Source of the DNA: Micavibrio sp.
GTDB lineage: Bacteria > Patescibacteriota > Minisyncoccia > Moranbacterales > GCA-2747515
DNA: 64,000 bases
NCBI GenBank assembly: GCA_020718085.1
Contig: DYDB01000003.1
Span: forward strand, 61,569 to 125,568
Direction: 5' to 3'
Numbering within the stretch: position 1 is the stretch's first letter; each line of letters starts with the position of its first letter. The notes below the pieces were generated by a model, which ran no database searches, was not told the origin of the DNA, and saw only the letters and a list, made by a program, of their open reading frames with translations. A program made the translations under genes and the position numbers. Of the stretch, positions 9,774 to 18,496 are shown piece after piece.

Positions 9774-10940
9774 TCATTCAACAAAAGGAAATTCATCCAA
9801 AAGTTCTCCAGAATAATAAAATTCATACGCGAGAGAACCAAAACTATATTGTGTGCTTCCCACAGTAATTGCACTTCCCCCAACTTTTGGATGTGGATTT
9901 GGATGTGATTGCGGAAAACCGACGTTAAAGAGCGTGCCCACGATCTCCGGACGATATTGAATATCATATCCGGCATTTTGCCACTGATGGATCATCTGTT
10001 TAAGATATAGTGCGCCGTACAAATATGAAAAATAGTGATTATCATCATCAGTTAGTCGCACATACCGCTCTGTAGCCGGGTCATTTGTTGTAAAATCAAG
10101 AGCGTGTTCAAATTGCTGCCCTAGATAGTAAGGAGACGTTGGATCTTTGAGATGCTTTTCTGTGTTAATTGCCGTTTCTTCTTTGATACCCATTACGCCC
10201 AAAGAAATTTTTGTTGCATTCCCCAATATTTTAAGTGGTTCAAAATATTGTTTGTATAATGCACGTTGTGAATGAAATAATCGCACTTGTTCTACAATTG
10301 CACTTGCCACAATGAGTCGCGGTTCAATTTGTGCCTCTTGTGCTGCGCGTTCGATGTGCACACGATCCTTAACGATCGCCGCCTTGATCGTTTGCCATTC
10401 CTCATCATTCATCCATGGAAAAATATTCATGGCATTATCAACATTTACCATTTTTTCAATATCTTCCAGAACATATGTTTTTTCATGTGTGTCACGACAC
10501 TGCTGTAACGCATTTTGTTTTTCTGCATCCAAACGCAACTCACACGCAAAAATCATTTTATCGATAATCACATCGTTATATCCTTTTTGATATGCTGTCA
10601 AAATATGTGATGCATTTTTTGGCGCGATGCCACCAAGCATATTTATACGACAAAGATTTTTTAATTTTTGATCATGTATAGTTGAAAGATTTTGAATATG
10701 CAAGGCAATCTCTTCGGGTGTTTTTTGTTTTATATCTTTATCTGCAGATATGTTTATATCATCTTTGATTATGTTGATATCTTTTGCCTTATCCTCAAAA
10801 GCCTGTGTGTGAACATCAATTTCTCCAGGAACATCTGTGACATGATATTTGATCGCAAAGAACATTCCCACAAAAGCCACGCCAACTACAGCAAAGCTGT
10901 ATAATAAAAAATAATAGATCCCTATAAATATCTTTTTCAT
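9774..10940 (-). CDS. Membrane-anchored hypothetical protein, possible lysozyme/SLT-like fold
   Basis: N-terminal TM; IVEQ...SLGVMGIK...YGALYL...LFNVG resembles lytic transglycosylase motifs I-III. Confidence 0.55.
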   Translation of the reverse strand: MKKIFIGIYYFLLYSFAVVGVAFVGMFFAIKYHVTDVPGEIDVHTQAFEDKAKDINIIKDDINISADKDIKQKTPEEIALHIQNLSTIHDQKLKNLCRINMLGGIAPKNASHILTAYQKGYNDVIIDKMIFACELRLDAEKQNALQQCRDTHEKTYVLEDIEKMVNVDNAMNIFPWMNDEEWQTIKAAIVKDRVHIERAAQEAQIEPRLIVASAIVEQVRLFHSQRALYKQYFEPLKILGNATKISLGVMGIKEETAINTEKHLKDPTSPYYLGQQFEHALDFTTNDPATERYVRLTDDDNHYFSYLYGALYLKQMIHQWQNAGYDIQYRPEIVGTLFNVGFPQSHPNPHPKVGGSAITVGSTQYSFGSLAYEFYYSGELLDEFPFVE

Positions 10941-11083
10941 TTTTATTTTACATTCATCATTACGTTATTATTGTGCCACACCCCTTATGAGTTGACAAAA
11001 TCCTATGCATGTAAACATCGTTTCATATCTTCAATATCATTTCTTCCAAACACATCCTTAGATTATGAACTTAAAGTCACCCC

Positions 11084-11359
11084 TCAAAGATCAACGATCT
11101 GAATAAAGATCTGTATGATAAAGCCAATCATCACACCGATGATTATCCATGTAACCCATGAAGGTATTTTCGTTTCTCCATTTATGAAATGAGAGAAAAT
11201 ATAAACAATCAGACATAGAACAATCGCGAATCCCAGAACAATATTATTCGTATACACACCAAACTGATCCGTATATATCATTTTGCCCAATGAATATATT
11301 CCTGAAACAAAAACAATGGACAAAATAACCCAAGCACGAATTTTCAAGAACGTATCCAT
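11084..11359 (-). CDS. Small 3-TM hypothetical protein
   Basis: Three hydrophobic segments; co-oriented with neighbours. Confidence 0.65.
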   Translation of the reverse strand: MDTFLKIRAWVILSIVFVSGIYSLGKMIYTDQFGVYTNNIVLGFAIVLCLIVYIFSHFINGETKIPSWVTWIIIGVMIGFIIQIFIQIVDL

Positions 11360-11384
11360 ACTACACAAAAAATTACCATGTTAA

Positions 11385-13073
11385 TCACCAACTACCACCG
11401 CCACCGCCACCAAAGCCACCGCCAGATCCGCCACCGCTGAAACCGGACCCTCCAGAACCTGCTGAGGATGGCGTCGAAACCATAGTTGCATTATTTGCAC
11501 TGCTAAAGTCATGCATGCTATGTGCAAAAATTACCGGTGAAAAAGATGTGCCCCCGCCATCGTACCAATCTGGTGCGGACTTTGTGATATCTTCAAATTG
11601 TTTTGCCCATTGCTCTTCCACACCCAGCGCCATCGCGTATGGCAATAATTTTTCAAATTGTGCAGGATTTTTTTCAGGTGCATTATGAAAATTGATCCGA
11701 TCTTTTTCCGCTGTTTCCATATACATTTTCAAGCCAAGCACTTCTTCACGCACGATCGCACCTTTTTGTGTACGTTGCGGCATGAAATATCCAAATCCCA
11801 TAAATACCATCCCAGATAAAAATGCAGCAACACCATACATCAATCCCGTCATTCCACCAAGAAAAAAGGCTGCAAAGATGATCGCTGTCCCACCCACAAA
11901 GTATGTCGTACGAACAGCGGTCGGATTCTTCATATAAATCCCTTTTTGTACGATTGATTTTTCTACACCATCTTTGATCTTTTCAAGATCTTTGTAAAAT
12001 TTATCTTTGAGTTGTGACATTTTTTTCTCTTGCGCATATGACGGACCAAAGATACCGTCAAATAAGGTGCGTTCGTGACCGACTAGCGAAGATGCATCTT
12101 TTTCTGTTCGCACAAATGTATAATCAGTATCTGTGAAAGAGAAAATCCTTTTTTTATCAACTCTTTTGATCTTTATATATCCATTTACTGCTAATTGAAT
12201 TATGGCTGCGGAAACATCTTTTGGAGTGACCCGTTCATCTGCGACCATGCCAACTTCTGCCGCAGTCAGGTTTTCCGGCGCATCATAATATGGTACGATC
12301 ACACCTTTGCCCTCTGGATCGCGTCCTTTGATATACCACTGACGCAATACCCAAAAGAACACACCAACCGGTACAAGCAATATTCCATTATCCATAATGT
12401 ATTGCAAGAGAACTTGCCATATCGTCGGTTTATACACAGTGCCTACAGGCATGCCAATGACAGCTGTCATGCCAGTTCCTGACACAATACCCTCATGAAT
12501 AAATGTCACATCTTGATCCGTGACATCAGTTGTGACATAACATGCCGATGTTGACCCGTATGCTCCAGAAAAACACATTGTTTTTGTAATAAAAGGTGCA
12601 TGCACTGTCACGCGCGCTGTACGAATGGGCACCTCCCACTGATCTCCTGTCACATTCCAATAAAATTCATCATGATCATCGAAATAATTGAGCGCACCCA
12701 TAACCGTATAACTGATCACATATTTTTTTTCTCCCGTCACATATTTATCTGCGTCACCGATCTTAATGCGCAGATCATTTCCTTCACGTGACACATCCGA
12801 TGTATATTTTACTCCCGTTTGATCTGTTACAGAAATATCATCAATCTTTATTTTACGATTATCTCCTGTTGCATTTGTGTATTTCACGGGAATATCACGA
12901 TAGATTCCATGTTTTTGCACTGTCCCAAAATCATAATCAATCGTTTCGATCACATCCACAGAAGCATCCTCATTGATCGTTGCGACTACATCAAAGTTTA
13001 AAATTTCTTCTGCACGCACATCAAAAAACGGCATTAGGAAGAGAATAAGGAGAAACAATAATATTTTTTTCAT
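11385..13073 (-). CDS. DUF2207 family membrane protein
   Basis: KHGIYRDIP, DEFYWNVTG, FEKLLPYAMALG, Gly/Ser-rich tail GGGFGGGGGGSW. Confidence 0.9.
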   Translation of the reverse strand: MKKILLFLLILFLMPFFDVRAEEILNFDVVATINEDASVDVIETIDYDFGTVQKHGIYRDIPVKYTNATGDNRKIKIDDISVTDQTGVKYTSDVSREGNDLRIKIGDADKYVTGEKKYVISYTVMGALNYFDDHDEFYWNVTGDQWEVPIRTARVTVHAPFITKTMCFSGAYGSTSACYVTTDVTDQDVTFIHEGIVSGTGMTAVIGMPVGTVYKPTIWQVLLQYIMDNGILLVPVGVFFWVLRQWYIKGRDPEGKGVIVPYYDAPENLTAAEVGMVADERVTPKDVSAAIIQLAVNGYIKIKRVDKKRIFSFTDTDYTFVRTEKDASSLVGHERTLFDGIFGPSYAQEKKMSQLKDKFYKDLEKIKDGVEKSIVQKGIYMKNPTAVRTTYFVGGTAIIFAAFFLGGMTGLMYGVAAFLSGMVFMGFGYFMPQRTQKGAIVREEVLGLKMYMETAEKDRINFHNAPEKNPAQFEKLLPYAMALGVEEQWAKQFEDITKSAPDWYDGGGTSFSPVIFAHSMHDFSSANNATMVSTPSSAGSGGSGFSGGGSGGGFGGGGGGSW

Positions 13074-13133
13074 AATAATATAAATGAGAAAATGCATTAC
13101 CATTATACCATCATTCCCTACACACAAAATAAC

Positions 13134-13163
13134 GCCCCGGTATTCTTGCAAAATACCGGGGCT
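13134..13163 (-). terminator. Intrinsic terminator of fabZ
   Basis: gccccggtatt-cttgcaa-aataccggggc 11-bp stem. Confidence 0.7.
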
Positions 13164-13181
13164 TTTTGATCAGATGTGACA

Positions 13182-13637
13182 CTACGTTGCCATTCCGATG
13201 ATCTTTTCGATTGTTGTAAAGACCTCACCTGACTCATTCTGAATGACTGCAGAAAAGAAGAACATCCCTTTCTTCTGTTTGTATAAATTTACCGTAATGA
13301 CCAATAAATCACCAGGCACAATTGCCTTTTTAAATCGAATACCGTCAATGCTTACAACTACCGGAATACTTTTCAGATCGTTTGATACTTTTTTTGCCAA
13401 AACCGCAGCAACCAAGTTGGCACATTCAATCTGGCAATGTCCCGGAAAGATCGGCTTGCTGGGAAAATGTCCTACGATCCAGAGCTCATTAACAAAAATA
13501 GTTTTTATCCCGACCATTTCATTCGGACGATCCGTATTATAGGAGATACGATCAAGCATTTGTGCTGGTCCCGTGTGTGGGATCATTTCGGCAATATTTT
13601 CTCGTTCAAGAAAAAATGATTTTTTATCTTCTTCCAT
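13182..13637 (-). CDS. fabZ: 3-hydroxyacyl-ACP dehydratase (hotdog fold)
   Basis: IPH..P..MLDRI, GHFPSKPIFPG..QIE, RFKKAIVPGD; SD GGAGGGAG before the ATG at 13637. Confidence 0.82.
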   Translation of the reverse strand: MEEDKKSFFLERENIAEMIPHTGPAQMLDRISYNTDRPNEMVGIKTIFVNELWIVGHFPSKPIFPGHCQIECANLVAAVLAKKVSNDLKSIPVVVSIDGIRFKKAIVPGDLLVITVNLYKQKKGMFFFSAVIQNESGEVFTTIEKIIGMAT

Positions 13638-13723
13638 TATCACTCCCTCCACGCTATATGATTGATGTTCTTTTGGTAAATGAATTAAGGTACTAAACAT
13701 GGTATTGTACTCCATATTTCAAT

Positions 13724-14971
13724 CTATCGCAAGTATCGATCTTTGTCGCGGATCTTTTTGTGGAAAGAAATGGCAAACCGATGTGCCTCTTCGCGAATAC
13801 TCTCCAATAATTCTTTATTGGTGATAATTTCATGATTAACCGGGAAGAACGCACTTTTATATATATCAATTTTTTTACGTGTTGGCCCTTTGGCAACTGC
13901 AATGACCGGAATATTAATATCAAGTTTTTGCCACAGATCATCGGCCATATTGATGTGTCCTTTACCTCCATCCAAGACAATGAGCTGCGGTATGCCCCAG
14001 TCATCCAAATGATTGAACCGTCGTGCTAGCACCTCGCGCATAGCGCCTACATCATTTATCCCACTTATAGACTGTATTTTAAATTTACGATACTGACTTT
14101 TTTGTGCCACACCATTGATAAAAACTACCATCGAAGCAACCATGGCATCGCCACCAATATGCGAAATATCATATGCTTCTACACGTATTTCATATGCACT
14201 AAACTTGGTAAAACTAATATCTTTTTTCATGAGTGCAATATCGTTGATATGCGTAAGTGCAAAGATCTGTTTTTTGACTTTATCTGCTTCTTCAAATTTT
14301 TCTTTTTTTGCAAGCATTGACATTTGTTTCTCCAACTTCACAAGAAGTGCTTTTTTGTGCCCGGAGAGAAACAATGAAATATTGCGCATATTGCGCTTAT
14401 AATTCTCTTCTGAGATCGCACCATCATATGGTCCCGGACAAAGTCCCATCTGATAATGTAAACAACCTTTTTCACTTTGCTCACTTCGATCATGAAATGG
14501 AAAAATGCGACGAATGATCTTCAGCGCGATTTTCATTTGATCGCGCGATGTATATGGACCGAAGACTTTGCCTTTTTTATATATTACATCTTGAAATTGT
14601 TCCTTATCAAAATCTGTTTTTCGCAAGATCACAACGCGCGGAAATTGCTCTTTGGTGATCACGAAAAACGAATAACTTTTATCATCCTTGCCGTCAATAT
14701 TATATTTTGGTTTATGTGTACGAATCAATTCCGCCTCAAGAATCAAAGCTTCGAGCACACTGTCAGTTTGGATTGTCTCAATATTCACGGATTGTTTAAC
14801 AAGTCGCTCAATACGCTCACCACGTGTATCATGTCCGGAAAAATATTGTCGCACGCGATCACGAAGTGATGTCGCTTTGCCTATGTACAGAATTTCATTT
14901 TTTGCACCACGAAAAAGATATACGCCAGGCATCTTTGGTAATTCTTGTAATTTTAATTCATCTGCGATCAT
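13724..14971 (-). CDS. uvrC: Excinuclease ABC subunit C (short form)
   Basis: GIY-YIG PGVYLF..YIGKA, EAYDISH, LIVLDGGKGH, IREEAHRFAI; no C-terminal HhH. Confidence 0.92.
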   Translation of the reverse strand: MIADELKLQELPKMPGVYLFRGAKNEILYIGKATSLRDRVRQYFSGHDTRGERIERLVKQSVNIETIQTDSVLEALILEAELIRTHKPKYNIDGKDDKSYSFFVITKEQFPRVVILRKTDFDKEQFQDVIYKKGKVFGPYTSRDQMKIALKIIRRIFPFHDRSEQSEKGCLHYQMGLCPGPYDGAISEENYKRNMRNISLFLSGHKKALLVKLEKQMSMLAKKEKFEEADKVKKQIFALTHINDIALMKKDISFTKFSAYEIRVEAYDISHIGGDAMVASMVVFINGVAQKSQYRKFKIQSISGINDVGAMREVLARRFNHLDDWGIPQLIVLDGGKGHINMADDLWQKLDINIPVIAVAKGPTRKKIDIYKSAFFPVNHEIITNKELLESIREEAHRFAISFHKKIRDKDRYLR

Positions 14972-14982
14972 GTATGTGTCCG

Positions 14983-15543
14983 TTATTGTTGAGCAATGTT
15001 CCTGCGTAGCTGATCCATACGCAACCGGTCCATAATCGCCTCTCCATAATATTGTTGATATGCACCAAACTTCTCAATTGACACATTTACATCATCCAAT
15101 ACCACACGTTCGATCTTGATGTATGCTGGTCGCACAACATGACCATCAACTGTAACCAGTTTTTGCACATCACCTTCCAAAGTGATCGTGTGCCCACCAT
15201 CTTGCATCATACATATCACATGACCATCTGCATCACAGCTCACCTCTTTGATACAATCGATCTTAAGTGCTTCCGCATGCATGAGATCCTGATTTGTGGT
15301 CATATGATCTTCTTGTGGAACAATTGTGTGACGGATCTTTTCAATTATGTTTTTTTGTGTTTTGCGCTCTTGATTGAGATTTTCTGCATGATACTTTTTT
15401 ATTTCTTCGTAAAAGCGTGCGTCTCTGCGCACAAAACCCTTTTTATCGGGAGTTTCCGCAAAAAGGCGTCGTTGATTCTCTGGCAGATCGTCAAAACTTT
15501 GGTATTGTGGCTCACGCGGATCAAACAATGCATCTTCCTTCAT
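14983..15543 (-). CDS. Hypothetical protein
   Basis: 186-aa ORF in gene-like position; no recognised family. Confidence 0.7.
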   Translation of the reverse strand: MKEDALFDPREPQYQSFDDLPENQRRLFAETPDKKGFVRRDARFYEEIKKYHAENLNQERKTQKNIIEKIRHTIVPQEDHMTTNQDLMHAEALKIDCIKEVSCDADGHVICMMQDGGHTITLEGDVQKLVTVDGHVVRPAYIKIERVVLDDVNVSIEKFGAYQQYYGEAIMDRLRMDQLRRNIAQQ

Positions 15544-15603
15544 AATACGATTTTTGATATTACACTCCCATCATACCAATGTTGTAAAACGACGCAAATC
15601 CTT

Positions 15604-17055
15604 TTACTTTGCCAGATCCAATTCCTCAGTGATACCAAGTTGATCTACAAATGACTGCACATGACTCACCACAATCATTGCGCCTTCAAATTGCTTTAAG
15701 GCCTGTGCGATCACAGGGATATGACGAAAATTGATGTGATTTGTCGGCTCATCAAGTATGAGGAGACCCGGTTCGAGAAGCACGAGTTGGGCAAAGGCAA
15801 CCAAACCTTTCTGACCTTCGGACAAACTGCCAATTTTCGCCTCCAAAACATTTTTCCCCAGAAGAAATCCGCTTGCAACTGCGCGCAATTTTTCTTCTTC
15901 TTTAACTTGCATCACATTGAGCAGTGCATCATAAACCGTATCCTCAAAGTTCAGTGTTGAAAAATCTTGACGATAATACCCCACACGCACACTTTCCAAT
16001 ATTTTTGCGCCCTCTGTATGATTTGATGCAAGACGCTCCAATAATGTTGTCTTACCAATACCGTTTGGACCTTTTAAGAGCAAGTGTTCTCTTTTCTTGA
16101 GAGTGATATTCACCTTTTTTTCAAAAGGTTCATGATCTTTCATGATCGTTACGGATGCGATCGTGATCACCTCTCCTACGAAATCCTTTTGTGCAGGGAT
16201 CACAAATTTGCGAATTGTCTTATCCTCTTTGCGGACATCTACCTTTGATGCTTCCATTTCTGCAATTTCATCGCGCATTTTTTTTGCCACCAGACGCATC
16301 TTTCCTCCTTTATTGGCAAAATAGTTCATCTTTTCCTTGTTATCACGAATCTGTTTTTCAAATTGTGCGTTCTTGCGAATTTCTTTTTCGATCTGAGCCT
16401 TGATCTCTTCTACTACAATATAATAATCGCCCACATACTGATCGATCTTGTGTGTGAATACATCCAAGTAAAGAACACCATCGGTGAACATGTTGAGAAA
16501 ATCCGCATCATGCGAGATCACAACACAGGTTTTTTCATACATCATGAGAAATGTGAGCAAGTGTCCCACACCGGCATCATCCAAATTATTTGTCGGTTCA
16601 TCAAGGAGTAATACATCAGGATCTTGGATCAGTGCGGAAGCCAACAAAAGACGCGCTTGTTGTCCACCAGAAAAAGCAGAAATGGGTTTATCCATTGGCA
16701 ATGTCAGATTTACTGCATTCATCACCTCTTTCATATGACGATCCAACTCATAATCTTCACCTTTAAAATACACTGCAAAAAAATCTCGTATAGTTAGTGT
16801 TAATTGCTCCCGCGGAATGACCTGTTGCGCGCACGCGATCGTTTGTCCCTCACCGATATAAATATGTCCCGACACAGGCTTGTTTGTGCCCATGATGAGA
16901 TTGAAAAGCGATGTTTTACCAGCGCCATTTTGTCCCATGAGAGCCACTTTTTTGCCTTTGCGCAAAGCAAAAGAAGCCTCATCAAGGATCACCTTGCCAT
17001 TATCATAAGCAAAACTCACATCACTGAAACGGATTGCCACTTCTTCTTGTGCCAT
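15604..17055 (-). CDS. ABC-F family ATPase
   Basis: Two NBDs (GQNGAGKT, GPNGIGKT; LLDEPTN twice), no TM domain. Confidence 0.93.
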   Translation of the reverse strand: MAQEEVAIRFSDVSFAYDNGKVILDEASFALRKGKKVALMGQNGAGKTSLFNLIMGTNKPVSGHIYIGEGQTIACAQQVIPREQLTLTIRDFFAVYFKGEDYELDRHMKEVMNAVNLTLPMDKPISAFSGGQQARLLLASALIQDPDVLLLDEPTNNLDDAGVGHLLTFLMMYEKTCVVISHDADFLNMFTDGVLYLDVFTHKIDQYVGDYYIVVEEIKAQIEKEIRKNAQFEKQIRDNKEKMNYFANKGGKMRLVAKKMRDEIAEMEASKVDVRKEDKTIRKFVIPAQKDFVGEVITIASVTIMKDHEPFEKKVNITLKKREHLLLKGPNGIGKTTLLERLASNHTEGAKILESVRVGYYRQDFSTLNFEDTVYDALLNVMQVKEEEKLRAVASGFLLGKNVLEAKIGSLSEGQKGLVAFAQLVLLEPGLLILDEPTNHINFRHIPVIAQALKQFEGAMIVVSHVQSFVDQLGITEELDLAK

Positions 17056-17068
17056 AAACCTTTTTCTG

Positions 17069-17193
17069 ATAGAACTTACGCGTTTGGATGCAGTTCAAGG
17101 AAAGCGCGAGCATCGGAGTAAGTCGTATGTAAACATACGACGTCGAGCATCACAGCGTTTAACGAAGAAATGCGTCAAACGCGTAAGTTCTAT
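17069..17193. mobile_element. MITE / ERIC-RPE1-like palindromic element (125 bp)
   Basis: 18-bp perfect terminal inverted repeats atagaacttacgcgtttg / caaacgcgtaagttctat; internal hairpin gtcgtatg/catacgac. Confidence 0.75.
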
Positions 17194-17224
17194 TTAAGAT
17201 AAAAATATTTTTTACTGAATTCCC

Positions 17225-17253
17225 ATTATACAGTAAAAGTTAAAATTGCGCAA
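17225..17253 (-). promoter_or_regulatory. Sigma70-type promoter of the ABC-F gene
   Basis: TTGCGC-17 bp-TATAAT on the minus strand. Confidence 0.55.
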
Positions 17254-17378
17254 TCATGTGAATGTTGCAGAATATTCTAAGATAGGAGTTGCATCATAAT
17301 TTCATCACTTTTGCATAAAAAAATCGCAAGAAACGAATAAAAAAATTCGTCCCCAAAATAACTCCCCTAAATCATTAT

Positions 17379-18368
17379 TTACGGCCTACCTGTAGCTGTA
17401 TAAGTAACAGACCCTGTATATTCTCCCGCAATTTGTGTGGATGGCACATTGATCTGATAGCAAATATCTGTGTTTGTGGAAACATTAGAATAACTCGTAT
17501 GTTCTAGAATGGTTGTGTTTGTATGTGGTATGCCTGCATAGAATTGATTTGCATCCTCACACGTAGAACCTGTGCCCCACCAAGATTCATTTTTTGTTGC
17601 CGTGGAGCTCAAAATACCAAATGCAAGACCTGTACCTGCAAATGTTTGTGCATTCGGCACTGAATAATCCCACGGTGTTTTATCCTGTATCTGCCCATCA
17701 CTTGTTCCTGACTGCGCCGTGTGATAAAGAGTGTTATCCAATCCTCTATCATTTGCAAGCTGGAGATCATACCCTTGTGCATCATTCGTGGTAATCGCGC
17801 ATGTTGTAACATTAGTCTGTGCAATTCCTGGAATAAGTGTTGTGCCATTATCAAGATCAATGCTCGTACCACAATCTAGCGTGAGATTTTCGTTTATTGT
17901 AGCGGAGATATTTTGAGAATCTGCAATACCATCCCCTCCACCACTATCTAATGTCGTAAAAGTAAGTTCTTCTCCACTATAAATATCAGTTGATATATAC
18001 ACGACTTCCGGTGTATCAAGATCATCCATTTGCGCATGGATACCGGCAATATTATAATATTGCGTACCTGCACTCAACCCGGAAATATTACAAGAAAAAT
18101 CACCAACACCTCCATTACCAGAATTGCAAGTTGCCGTATAAACGCCAGGCTGATCTCCATAATCAAAGAAGCCGCTAATATTTATAACATCACAACTACC
18201 AAAAAAACCATTATATCGCCCTTCAAGAGTGACGGAGTTTTGCGTGACATTTGTAGCAGTTAATGTTTCCACAGATACACCACAAAAGCCCAGAGCATGA
18301 TCTGTGTTGCCAAAAAACAAAAAAATTATCCAGAGTGACGTATATAAATAATATTTTATTTTTTTCAT
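17379..18368 (-). CDS. Secreted protein, FN3-like N-domain plus WxL/pilin-like beta-sandwich C-domain
   Basis: Signal peptide; TLTATNVTQNSVTL..ISGLSAGTQY; C-terminal VPSTQIAGEYTGSVTYTATG. Confidence 0.65.
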   Translation of the reverse strand: MKKIKYYLYTSLWIIFLFFGNTDHALGFCGVSVETLTATNVTQNSVTLEGRYNGFFGSCDVINISGFFDYGDQPGVYTATCNSGNGGVGDFSCNISGLSAGTQYYNIAGIHAQMDDLDTPEVVYISTDIYSGEELTFTTLDSGGGDGIADSQNISATINENLTLDCGTSIDLDNGTTLIPGIAQTNVTTCAITTNDAQGYDLQLANDRGLDNTLYHTAQSGTSDGQIQDKTPWDYSVPNAQTFAGTGLAFGILSSTATKNESWWGTGSTCEDANQFYAGIPHTNTTILEHTSYSNVSTNTDICYQINVPSTQIAGEYTGSVTYTATGRP

Positions 18369-18441
18369 TTCTATTAAACGTAACATTTACACGTTTAATT
18401 ATAACACGAATAAATCACTTTTAAACATTTTTCAAAAACAT

Positions 18442-18481
18442 AAAAGCTCAACCTAGGATCTGCATCCTAAGTTGAGCTTTT
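18442..18481 (-). terminator. Intrinsic terminator of uvrA
   Basis: aaaagctcaacctaggat...atcctaagttgagctttt. Confidence 0.75.
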
Positions 18482-18496
18482 ATTTATCCGCATTGT

